DNA from: Phycisphaerales bacterium
GTDB taxonomy: Bacteria; Planctomycetota; Phycisphaerae; Phycisphaerales; UBA1924
Direction of reading: 5' to 3'
Assembly (NCBI GenBank): GCA_044221315.1
Contig: JBGAPK010000001.1
Location: 32,840 to 96,839 of the forward strand
DNA length: 64,000 nucleotides
The stretch's first letter is position 1. The number at the start of each line of letters is the position of its first letter. The notes beneath the pieces are model-generated. The model saw nothing but the letters and a program-made list of their open reading frames with translations, was not told the origin of the DNA and searched no databases. A program made the position numbers and the translations under genes. Below are positions 30,039 through 38,663 of the stretch, one piece after another.

Positions 30039-30072
30039 GGGACGATCGCCCGGCGATCGTCCCTTTTGCTTT
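30039..30072 (+). terminator. strong intrinsic terminator closing the 25853-30012 gene array
   Basis: Perfect 11-bp stem GGGACGATCGC/GCGATCGTCCC (30039-30049 / 30053-30063), then TTTTGCTTTC. Confidence 0.8.
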
Positions 30073-30121
30073 CTCCGGCGCCGCTGCAACCTCGCCGAGC
30101 GTTGTCGTTACCAACGTCGGA

Positions 30122-31315
30122 GTGTCACCCGTGCGCACACCGCTCATCGCCGGCCTGATCATGTGTTCCCCCGCGTCCGCGGCGGCTCCCGAGGCTCAGC
30201 CGCGGATTCTGCTCGTGACCCCGGTCTCGAACGCACCCGACGATTCAGACAACGCGACGGCGATCCTGCCGCTCGCGGACGGGGCGCTGATCTCGGGCTG
30301 GACTTCGAAGCCGGGAGCGAAGGAAAACGGGCTGCTGGTCCGCGTCGATGGTCGCGGCGACGTCGTGTGGCGGCGCGTCGTTGGCGGCGAGGGCGAGGAC
30401 CTCCTGTGGTCGGTTGTCGCCGACGGGGACGGGTTCATCGCGGTCGGGCACACGACCAGCAAGGGCGCGGGCTCGCTCGACGGCTGGATGATCCGTGTGG
30501 ATGCCAAGGGCGAGTTGGTATGGGAAAAGACCTTCGGCGGCACGGGGGATGATCGCTTCTATTCGTTCGCTCCCGTAACAGGCGGATTCGCATGCGTTGG
30601 ACAGAAGAGTTCTTCCGGCGCCGGCAAGTCGGACGCCTGGGTTCTCAAGACCGACGCTTCGGGGAACCAGATCGCCTCGTGGACGTGGGGCACACCGGAA
30701 GTTGAGCGGGCGTTCGCGATCCAGCCCGCCGGGGACGGATTCGTTCTTTCCGGTATGACCGGGCCGGGAGAGAAGGAAGCCTCGGCCTTTGTTGCGTGCC
30801 TGGATTCGGGTGGCAAAGAGATCTGGCGCGTTCTCCAACCAAAGCCGGGCTTTGGAGTCGCGCACGGCATCGCTCCATTGCCCGATGGCAAGTTCTTGGT
30901 CACGGGGTACGACATGCCGGACGCGGCCAAGGGCGCAGACGGCTTTGCGTTCGTTGTGGATCAAAACGGCCACGTGCAGGCAAAGGGCACGTTCGGCGGC
31001 AAGGGAAATGATCGCGCACTCCACGCCGCGACCTTTGCGGATGGCTCCTCCGTCGTGGTCGGTTATTCCCAGGCCGAAGGGGCTCGCGACGGGATGTCCG
31101 GCTGGGATCTGACGTTGTACGCGCTCGGGCCGAACTGTGAGAACACCTGGACCGGGCGCTTCGGCGGTCCGGGACCGGAGATGGGCCGGGCGATCGCCGG
31201 CACTGCTCGAGATCTCTGGGTCGTCGGGCAGACAAGTTTGTTGCGCCCTTCCGGAAGCGGCCTCTACCTGATTCGTCTTGATGTTTCGGTCCTGGGCGCG
31301 AATCCGCAGAAGTAG
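30122..31315 (+). CDS. secreted beta-propeller-like repeat protein
   Basis: GTG start gives (M)SPVRTPLIAGLIMCSPASAAA, a signal peptide. About seven ~45-50-aa repeats of the form DG.(F/I).VG.T.S.G....D.W.(L/I/V).(V/T)D..G...W...FGG.G.D. Confidence 0.7.
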   Translation: MSPVRTPLIAGLIMCSPASAAAPEAQPRILLVTPVSNAPDDSDNATAILPLADGALISGWTSKPGAKENGLLVRVDGRGDVVWRRVVGGEGEDLLWSVVADGDGFIAVGHTTSKGAGSLDGWMIRVDAKGELVWEKTFGGTGDDRFYSFAPVTGGFACVGQKSSSGAGKSDAWVLKTDASGNQIASWTWGTPEVERAFAIQPAGDGFVLSGMTGPGEKEASAFVACLDSGGKEIWRVLQPKPGFGVAHGIAPLPDGKFLVTGYDMPDAAKGADGFAFVVDQNGHVQAKGTFGGKGNDRALHAATFADGSSVVVGYSQAEGARDGMSGWDLTLYALGPNCENTWTGRFGGPGPEMGRAIAGTARDLWVVGQTSLLRPSGSGLYLIRLDVSVLGANPQK

Positions 31316-31322
31316 CGCTGCC

Positions 31323-32147
31323 TTATTTCCCGAGCTGTTCGATGGCATTCCGGATCGGCTCGCTCGAGATCTGGATCAGGCCGCTGAAAGGCCGGTCCAT
31401 TTCGAGGATCAGAAAGACCGCGCCGGAGACCGAAAGCGCAGTCGCGAAAAGGGTCGCCACCACGGTTCCGTTCCGCGGGGCAAACAGCCCGAAACTGGCA
31501 AAGACGGCGGAGAGCCAGAAGGTCATCACATACAGCAGCGGCGTCGAAACCGAGCTCCCGGCCTGGGAGAACAACAGCATCCGTGTGCGGAAGAGGGCGG
31601 CGCACAGGCCCTGCGCTTCGGACTGCACCGCGCGCTCGGCGTCGGTCTTCGGCGCGAGATTGTGGATGCTCTCGTACAGCACGTCCCCCGCCTGGCGCGC
31701 GGAGTTCGAGAGCAGCGCCGCCGGCCCGGCCGGCGCCCACAAGCGCTGGATGGCGCCCGAGGCCGCCTGCTTCAACACATCTCTGGGTTCCTGCGCACCC
31801 GGGCCGAAATGGGCGAGCGTTCGGTCGAGCAGCACGACTGTTGTGGCGAGGTCTATGACTTCACCTTTTTGGGCGTCGTACGCGCTCTTCGCCGAGCTCA
31901 CGAGCAGGCCCAGCACCAGGGCCGCCATCGTCCCGATGAGACCGGCGCCGAGTTTCACGACGTCTTTAGTTTCGGACGTGAGATGGTGCTCGGGGAGCAT
32001 GTAGCGGAGAACCATGCCGAAGACGGCGCCGCCGAAGATGCAGCCGAAGACAATGAGGCTTGTCGAGATGGAACTCACCGGGAAGTCTCCTTGAGAGAGG
32101 CCAAGTGTACAAGAATGGGCGGTGAGTTCCGTGGAGTGATACGTCAA
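31323..32147 (-). CDS. membrane protein (DUF4239-like by memory)
   Basis: N-terminal TM pair (LIVFGCIFGGAVFGMVL, LGAGLIGTMAALVLGLLV), a soluble middle region, and C-terminal TM helices. The start could also be GTG 32078. Confidence 0.7.
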   Translation of the reverse strand: MTYHSTELTAHSCTLGLSQGDFPVSSISTSLIVFGCIFGGAVFGMVLRYMLPEHHLTSETKDVVKLGAGLIGTMAALVLGLLVSSAKSAYDAQKGEVIDLATTVVLLDRTLAHFGPGAQEPRDVLKQAASGAIQRLWAPAGPAALLSNSARQAGDVLYESIHNLAPKTDAERAVQSEAQGLCAALFRTRMLLFSQAGSSVSTPLLYVMTFWLSAVFASFGLFAPRNGTVVATLFATALSVSGAVFLILEMDRPFSGLIQISSEPIRNAIEQLGK

Positions 32148-32223
32148 TGGACCCCATGGGCCACATGGGCCTCATCGGTCCCATGGGACCCATTGCCTTT
32201 TCCACTCTCCGCCGAGTACCGCC

Positions 32224-32700
32224 ATGCCTTCAAAGACATTCACCGCCCGCATCATCCAGGACGACAACACAACCATGACCGGCTTCGAGATCCCCTTCGA
32301 TCCGAAGCCGGTCTTCGGCAAGGTCCGTGCGCCGGTCGTCGTCACGATCAAGAAGCACACCTACCGCTCGACCATCAGCGCCATGGGAGGCTGCTGGATG
32401 ATCCCGCTCCGCAAAAGCAACCGCGATGCGGCAGGTGTCCGGGCGGGGGATCGCGTACGCGTGACGCTCGCCCTCGATGAGAAACCCAGGATCGTGACAC
32501 CCCCGAAGGACCTTGCGAAGGCCCTCAAAGACGCGGCGCTGCTGAGCGCGTTCTCCGGCCTCGCCTTCACCCATCAGCGCGAGCACGTCGAGGCGATCGA
32601 GCAGGCCAAGAAGCTCGAGACGCGCCAACGGCGGATCGCCGCGTGCGTCGCGATGGTGCGGCAGATGGGCGCGCGACAGGCGCCCGGGCGTAAGGCCTGA
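32224..32700 (+). CDS. DUF1905 / YdeI-OmpD-associated family protein
   Basis: GFEIPFDP...VTI.KHTYRSTISAMGG..MIPL is DUF1905-like. The C-terminal part, ...FTHQREHVEAIEQAKK.ETRQRRI, is YdeI-like. Confidence 0.75.
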   Translation: MPSKTFTARIIQDDNTTMTGFEIPFDPKPVFGKVRAPVVVTIKKHTYRSTISAMGGCWMIPLRKSNRDAAGVRAGDRVRVTLALDEKPRIVTPPKDLAKALKDAALLSAFSGLAFTHQREHVEAIEQAKKLETRQRRIAACVAMVRQMGARQAPGRKA

Positions 32701-32706
32701 ATCGGT

Positions 32707-35370
32707 CTACGGGCATAGCAATTCGTTGTACGCGACAACGAAGATTGTGAAATCGGCGTCTTCGACGATGCCGTCGTGATTGAAATCAGCGGGGCAGGCC
32801 GGGGGCATCGACGGGTCGGCGCAGTCGAGGATGTTGTAGGAAATAACGAAGATCGTAAAGTCCGAATCCTCCACGAGGCCGTCGTTGTTGAGATCGCACG
32901 GGCAGGCGCCGGGCAGGCTGAACGTGGCCCGCAAGAGCGCCCGTTTGACACCCGACGCGCCGGTGTCGATATCGGCGCTGAAGGTCGCGGTATTTCCGGA
33001 AAGAAATGTGCCGCGCCCGTCGCGCCCCGTGCGGGCGGCGGGAGAACCCGACGGAGGAATCACCTGCGAGATCGAACCGGAAACTCCCGGTTCCAATTCG
33101 ATGTTCTGCCCGACCTGGGCGAGCGTGGTAAGCCCGCCGGGCGAGAGCAGGTACAGGCCTTGCTCCGAAGCAATGGTCGGGGTCGCGGCAACAAAGGCCC
33201 GATCGCCGTCGGCCGCGATCAGCGAGATGTCCTTTACAAATCGACACACGTCGTAGCCGGGCAACTTGGTTTTCCCGGCCAGAACGGGCGTGGTGAGCCC
33301 GGAGGGCGTCGAACGCACCAGGGCGACCGAGCTCGGGCCGCCGCTGTCGGCGATGGTCGCGACAAAGAGCGTGTCGCCCCCGGGAAGGAGGGCAAAGCCT
33401 CTGCTCGGGCTGAAGCTCTCGATCGAGAGCGACGAGTCGTTGTTCACCAGGCTCCCGATGCGCGCGACGATCTGCACGCCCGAACTCGTGCCGGTGCAAA
33501 GAACGGTGGAGCCCGAACTGATCTGCGCGAAGAAGGCGACGGCATCGCCCTGCGCCGCGACATCGCGCAGATCGCTGAACGTGACACCCGGCGCCTCGCC
33601 GGGAACCGGAGTGCCGGTACTCACCACAGCCTGCGCCGGAGCCGGGGGCGGGCCTCCAATGAGAATCACCTCGGGACCGTTGGAGACGTTCAAGTTGCCG
33701 CGCCGGACGAGCGCGCCGGTGTCGGTGAGGGCGGTCAACGTGGGGTTGGAGAGCTGCGTGACGCCCGGCGGAAGCGACAAGAGGGATCGCGTGAGCACGC
33801 CGCCAACGGTGGCGAAGGCGCCGACGCCGGTATTGCCGCCGGCGATTTGCGACTGGAAGGCGTACGAATCCAGATTGTTCAGGAACGGGTTGCTCGAATT
33901 GTCGACCGCTGGATCGAACAACCCGCCGCCGGTGCCCGGAGCCGCGTCCCCCGACTGGGCAAGAACCGCAATCGCCCCGAGCGGGCCGGCGTAGTAGAGG
34001 TACTTGCTGACCGGGCCGGGGAAGTACTGGCGCACGTCGCGCAGAGCGGTCCGCCCGGACGCAACGACCCGGAGCAGCGACGGTTGCAAATAGGGTGCGC
34101 CGTTCGCGAGCGCCGCGAGCGCAAGTACGCCGGGAACGCCGGTGTAACAGCTCGCCATGCCGCCCGCCAGCGAGGCATCGAATGCCACGGTTCCGTCGGA
34201 TCGCAGATCGTTGGGAGTGAACTGGCCGCCGAACAGCTGCGCCGTCCCCGTTGCCGCTCCGCCTTCGCGTGCCACAACTTCGAGTGTCACGGTCCCGACC
34301 GGGTCCGGGGGTGAGCACGTCACGGACAGATTGGCCACCCAGCCCTCGATTCCACCCGAGCCGTCCAGGGCTCGGCCGGCAACAACCGTTCCGTCGTCGG
34401 AGATCGCGTCGGCGCTGAAGAGCGTCCATCCTGTCAGATCGTGCCCGTTGAGCGTGATCACCTGCTGCAAATCACGCGTCCCGTGCGCGGCGTCCCACAG
34501 AAAAGCGCGGCCACTGGAATTTCCCACGACAACCGACCCGTCGGCACTGGCGTCAATCGCTTCGCCGGAGCCCGAACCGCCGGGGAGCATCGGCATCGCC
34601 TGCATCCCATCCGCGGCATTCCAGCGGAACGGGCGCAGGGCGAAGTGGCCGGGCGACGTCTGAACATTCGCGGCCCCGACGACGACCGCGCCGTCGGCGC
34701 TGATGCCAAGCGCGAAGGAATTGGTTCCGGTCGGAAGGAATCCCAAACCCTGGGTCCCGCCCTGCGCCGTCCAACGTGCCGCCTGATCGATATTGATGTC
34801 CGGTTCGACCGGATAGCCGTAGCCGTTGCCGGGTTGAAAGAAGTGGCAGGTGAGTGCCGCGGCGGCGCCGGCGGCGTCCAGCCGGACGGCCTTTTGGGAT
34901 GTGTATGTGGGAATGTTGGGGAGCGTTGATGGGGAACCCAGGCCCTCATAGCGGGTCGTCTCGCTCAGAAAGACCGAGCCGTCGTCGCTGACGTCAAGGA
35001 GAGGAGGTGTTTCCGAACCCACGTTGGGTCCCGGCGGCACCCACCAGAAACCCTGGGAGTCCCCTCCGCCGACGATGAACGTTCCGGCCGCGTTGACGGC
35101 ATACGCACGCGCCCGGGTTTCACCGGGATAGAGCCCGAGTTCTTCGATCGGGTTGCCGGCCAGACGCCGGAACGGCCGAAAGATCGAAAAATCGGAGAGC
35201 GAGAAGCCATAGCCAACGACCACGGTGCCGTCCGCGTTTAGGTCGGTCGGTGTGACCGATCGCAAGCCGGCACCGGAGGTTTTCAGGCCCTCAAAGCCCG
35301 CAAACTGGGCAAGGGCGATGGTCGATCCGGCCGCGGCGACCAGCGCCGCACTCATGATTCCAACTCGCAT
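32707..35370 (-). CDS. large secreted multi-repeat protein with C-terminal four-Cys double dockerin-like module (copy D)
   Basis: 887 aa. Signal peptide MRVGIMSAALVAAAGSTIALA. HAF-like repeats in the N-terminal half (ADGTVVVG, ADGAVVVG...FRW, ADGSVVVG...AFLW, DDGTVVAG). xxGxxAF-type repeats follow. The last 65 aa (nt 32707-32904) carry the module. Confidence 0.85.
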   Translation of the reverse strand: MRVGIMSAALVAAAGSTIALAQFAGFEGLKTSGAGLRSVTPTDLNADGTVVVGYGFSLSDFSIFRPFRRLAGNPIEELGLYPGETRARAYAVNAAGTFIVGGGDSQGFWWVPPGPNVGSETPPLLDVSDDGSVFLSETTRYEGLGSPSTLPNIPTYTSQKAVRLDAAGAAAALTCHFFQPGNGYGYPVEPDINIDQAARWTAQGGTQGLGFLPTGTNSFALGISADGAVVVGAANVQTSPGHFALRPFRWNAADGMQAMPMLPGGSGSGEAIDASADGSVVVGNSSGRAFLWDAAHGTRDLQQVITLNGHDLTGWTLFSADAISDDGTVVAGRALDGSGGIEGWVANLSVTCSPPDPVGTVTLEVVAREGGAATGTAQLFGGQFTPNDLRSDGTVAFDASLAGGMASCYTGVPGVLALAALANGAPYLQPSLLRVVASGRTALRDVRQYFPGPVSKYLYYAGPLGAIAVLAQSGDAAPGTGGGLFDPAVDNSSNPFLNNLDSYAFQSQIAGGNTGVGAFATVGGVLTRSLLSLPPGVTQLSNPTLTALTDTGALVRRGNLNVSNGPEVILIGGPPPAPAQAVVSTGTPVPGEAPGVTFSDLRDVAAQGDAVAFFAQISSGSTVLCTGTSSGVQIVARIGSLVNNDSSLSIESFSPSRGFALLPGGDTLFVATIADSGGPSSVALVRSTPSGLTTPVLAGKTKLPGYDVCRFVKDISLIAADGDRAFVAATPTIASEQGLYLLSPGGLTTLAQVGQNIELEPGVSGSISQVIPPSGSPAARTGRDGRGTFLSGNTATFSADIDTGASGVKRALLRATFSLPGACPCDLNNDGLVEDSDFTIFVISYNILDCADPSMPPACPADFNHDGIVEDADFTIFVVAYNELLCP

Positions 35371-35449
35371 CTCGTGCCTCCCGAACGCAACAGGCTAACA
35401 GGCCGGGCGGCGCCCGCAAGCAGATTTCGCAGGATCCACAACCATGGAT

Positions 35450-36250
35450 TCAGGTTCTGGGGGCGGCGTCTGATAAGTCGGCGGCGGGCCGGATCTCGAA
35501 CCGACTGTGGAGGGTGACCTTGAGACGAAAGTCGCGGTCGAGATTCCGGCGCTTGAGCGCGTCGCGAACGGCGCGAGCGGAGTTCTCGATCTGTTCGAGA
35601 CGGCGCGACGTTGAAATAGACTGATCGTGCACGCGGTAGCAATAGAGCGGTCTGGGAAGATACACAAACGGCGTGACCTCGCTCGCGCGCAGGCAGAAGT
35701 CGTAGTCGGGGCTGGCCGTGAGCTCGGGATTGATCCCACCGACACGCTCATAGATCTCGCTCCGGAAGAGGCGGAACTGGAAGGAGATCAGGCTCGTCAG
35801 CAGCGCCTCGGGCGAAAAAGCCCGTCGGGAGCATTCGCCGAGGGCAACCGTCTCCGAACGGGCGTTGAGGACGACGTGATCGGTGTAGACAAGACCGGCC
35901 TGCGGATTGGCCAGCAGCACCGCGCGGGTCTCTTCCACGGCGGTCTTGACCAGCAGATCGTCGCTGTCCAGCCACCCGGTGTATCGGGGGAGCGTGCCGG
36001 ATTCGCAACGCACGATCTCGTGCGCGCGGCGCAGCGTCCCGACGACCCCCCGCCTGGGCTCTCGGAAGAGACGGATGCGACGGTCGGACGCGCCAAGCCT
36101 CGCCACGATTTCGGCAGAACCGTCGGTCGACGCGTCGTCCACTACGAAGATCTCCAGGTCGCCGAACGACTGGGTCAGGAGGCTCCGGAGGGCGGCTTCC
36201 ACGAAATTCTCGCGATTGTGCAGCGTCATGATGATCGCGACCTCGGCCAC
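35450..36250 (-). CDS. family 2 glycosyltransferase
   Basis: N-terminal VAIIMTLHNRENFVEAALRSLLTQSF...EIFVVDDASTDGS is the GT2 signature, and a DSDD motif follows. Confidence 0.85.
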   Translation of the reverse strand: MAEVAIIMTLHNRENFVEAALRSLLTQSFGDLEIFVVDDASTDGSAEIVARLGASDRRIRLFREPRRGVVGTLRRAHEIVRCESGTLPRYTGWLDSDDLLVKTAVEETRAVLLANPQAGLVYTDHVVLNARSETVALGECSRRAFSPEALLTSLISFQFRLFRSEIYERVGGINPELTASPDYDFCLRASEVTPFVYLPRPLYCYRVHDQSISTSRRLEQIENSARAVRDALKRRNLDRDFRLKVTLHSRFEIRPAADLSDAAPRT

Positions 36251-36391
36251 GCTCCGAGCGTATCAGGGCGTTCCGAGGTTTTCGGGCCGGGAAACGATCG
36301 CCGCGACGCGCCCCAAGAATGCACGATCGGATCGAACGCTCCGGACGGCGGGGCGTACCAGAGTCGGCCGTCCGGCCGGAAAGAGTGGTCC

Positions 36392-36694
36392 ATGCGACTT
36401 CACGCCTTCGGATTCGGGGTTCTCGTGCTTCTGGCAGCCAACTGCGTGGCGGCTCCGCAGCGCGGGGCTTCGACCCGAATTGACCCCGCGGCGGCCGCGG
36501 ACATTGATTCGGACGGCTTCGTGGACGATGCCGATTTTGTGCTGTTCTCCTTCCAATACGACGTGCTCGAGTGCAACGCGCCGGCCATGCCCGACGACTG
36601 CAGCGCCGACCTCAACCACGACGGGCTGGTGGACGACGCCGACTTTGTGATCTTTTCGCACGAGTACCACCGCCCCCCGCCGAGTTATTCGTGA
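36392..36694 (+). CDS. 100-aa secreted mini-protein: signal peptide plus a free, divergent dockerin-like module (copy E)
   Basis: MRLHAFGFGVLVLLAANCVAA is the signal peptide. It is followed by DIDSDGFVDDADFVLFSFQYDVLECNAPAMPDDCSADLNHDGLVDDADFVIFSHEYHRPPPSYS. The first and last Cys of the module are absent. The upstream 255 aa of the track ORF are antisense to the GT2 gene. Confidence 0.6.
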   Translation: MRLHAFGFGVLVLLAANCVAAPQRGASTRIDPAAAADIDSDGFVDDADFVLFSFQYDVLECNAPAMPDDCSADLNHDGLVDDADFVIFSHEYHRPPPSYS

Positions 36695-36890
36695 AATCGA
36701 CGGCAAACAGCGTTTCCCGTGGGTCATAGTGCGCGCTCGATTCGGCCGATATTGCCCTTCTGCGCGGAAGCCTCTTACGAGGGCTCGGCGCACCGGGCAA
36801 GACCTACCCTTGCCCTTCCCATCCCGGCCGGGCCGCCGCGCCGTCCGCGATGGGTTGCTTCTTTAGTAGACCGGCGGCAGGAACGCTTTC

Positions 36891-38663
36891 ATGGCCCTCG
36901 TGCTGGGACTCAACTCGATCCACCCCGATGCCGCCGCCGTGCTCATGGACGACAAGAAGGGCGTCGTGGCCGCGATCGCCGAAGAACGTATTAACCGCAA
37001 GAAGCACTGCGCGGGTTTTCCCACGCTCGCCATCGCCGAGGTCCTTCGCCTCGGCGGGGCCAGCCTGAGCGATATCACCGATGTGGCCATCGCACGCGAT
37101 AGCGGCGCGAATCGGGGCGCCAAGCTGGGCTTCATCGCCCGGCACCCGATCAGCGGCCTGAAGCTTGCGTCGTGGTCGAGCAAGGTGCACGGGAAGCTCG
37201 CGACGGTCGATCAGCTCATTGCCGAGGCGTGCGGACGCCCCCACTCCGATTTCAAGGCGAAGATCCACCACGTCGAGCATCACATCACGCACGCCGCATC
37301 GTCGTTCTTCTGGAGCAAGTTCGACCGTGCAACGGCCGTCACCACCGACGGCGCCGGCGACTTCTGCACGGGCCTCATCGCCCGGTGCGAGGGGAACAAG
37401 ATCGACGTCCTGACCAAGAACTTCTGGCCGCACTCCTTCGGCGTGTTCTATACAGCCGTCTGCAACTTCCTCGGCTTCAACAAGTACGGCGAGGAATACA
37501 AGGTCATGGGGCTGTCGGCGTACGGCAAGGACACCTTCGCCGAGCAGATGAAGCAATTGGTCGATTACATCCCGGGACAGGGGATGCGGCTCAATCTCAA
37601 GTACTACAACCACCACTACACGGTGCACACGCACAACCAGAGCGAAGAGGGCGAGATCGTCGTGAAGCCGATGTGGAACGACCACATGCGGGAGCTCTTC
37701 GGCCAGCCGCGCGGGCGCAAGGACCCGACCGAGCAGAAGCACAAAGACATGTCGCTCTCGATGCAGAAGCGCTTCGAGGACATCTACATCAAGTACGTGA
37801 ACGACGCGATCCGCATGAACGGCGGGCTCAAGGATGTGGTTCTCGCGGGCGGCTGCGCCCTGAACGGCGTCGCCAACGGACGTCTCGTGATGGAGAAGCA
37901 CCTCGACCGCGTGTACATCCACCCGGCCGCGGGCGATGACGGCACGGCAGCGGGCGCCGCGGCGTACGTCATGCACAGCATTCTCAACAAGCCCCGCTTC
38001 GGCGAGGTCATCCACGGCTACTGGGGTAGCGGCTGGACCGACGACGAGTGCGAGAAGGCCGTGCGCGAAAGCGGAATGCCGTTCAAGAAGCTTTCACGCG
38101 AGCAGCTTCTCAATACCGCCGCCGACGCACTCAGCCAGGGCAAAATCCTCGGCTGGTTCCAGGGCCGCGAGGAATGGGGCCCGCGGGCCCTCGGCAACCG
38201 CTCGATCATCTGCCATCCGGGCTGGCCGGACATGAAGGCGATCCTCAACGCCCGAGTCAAGAACCGCGAGCCGTTCCGGCCCTTCGCACCGCTCTGCATG
38301 GAAGAGCATCTGAGCGAGATGTACGAAGGCAGCCACGATGTGCCGTTCATGAACGTGGTGTACAAGGTTCGGCCCGAATGGCGGGCGCGCCTCTCGGCGA
38401 CGACGCACGAGGATTCGACCGGCCGTGTCCAGACCATGCGCCGCGAACAGAACGAACTGTTCTACGACCTGCTCTCGGCCTTCAAGGCGCGAACCGGAGT
38501 GCCGGTGCTGCTCAACACAAGCTTCAACGAGAACGAACCGATCGTGCACACGCCTCAGCACGCGGTGGGCTGCTTTCAGCGCACCCGCATGAGCGCCCTG
38601 GCGGTCGGACCGTTCTGGTACGAGAAGCCGGCGGACGAGGCGGAGAAGGGCGTGGCGGTCTAA
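36891..38663 (+). CDS. carbamoyltransferase (NodU/CmcH family)
   Basis: MALVLGLNSIHPDAAAVLM...AIAEERINRKKH start. GGCALNG motif. The C-terminal TSFNENEPIV motif. 590 aa. Confidence 0.9.
   Translation: MALVLGLNSIHPDAAAVLMDDKKGVVAAIAEERINRKKHCAGFPTLAIAEVLRLGGASLSDITDVAIARDSGANRGAKLGFIARHPISGLKLASWSSKVHGKLATVDQLIAEACGRPHSDFKAKIHHVEHHITHAASSFFWSKFDRATAVTTDGAGDFCTGLIARCEGNKIDVLTKNFWPHSFGVFYTAVCNFLGFNKYGEEYKVMGLSAYGKDTFAEQMKQLVDYIPGQGMRLNLKYYNHHYTVHTHNQSEEGEIVVKPMWNDHMRELFGQPRGRKDPTEQKHKDMSLSMQKRFEDIYIKYVNDAIRMNGGLKDVVLAGGCALNGVANGRLVMEKHLDRVYIHPAAGDDGTAAGAAAYVMHSILNKPRFGEVIHGYWGSGWTDDECEKAVRESGMPFKKLSREQLLNTAADALSQGKILGWFQGREEWGPRALGNRSIICHPGWPDMKAILNARVKNREPFRPFAPLCMEEHLSEMYEGSHDVPFMNVVYKVRPEWRARLSATTHEDSTGRVQTMRREQNELFYDLLSAFKARTGVPVLLNTSFNENEPIVHTPQHAVGCFQRTRMSALAVGPFWYEKPADEAEKGVAV

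Noticed and set aside
35627-36391. N-terminal 255 aa of the 355-aa ORF 35627-36694
   Set aside because: This part is antisense to the GT2 glycosyltransferase and Arg/Gly-rich. Only the last 100 aa, starting at ATG 36392 with a signal peptide, look real.
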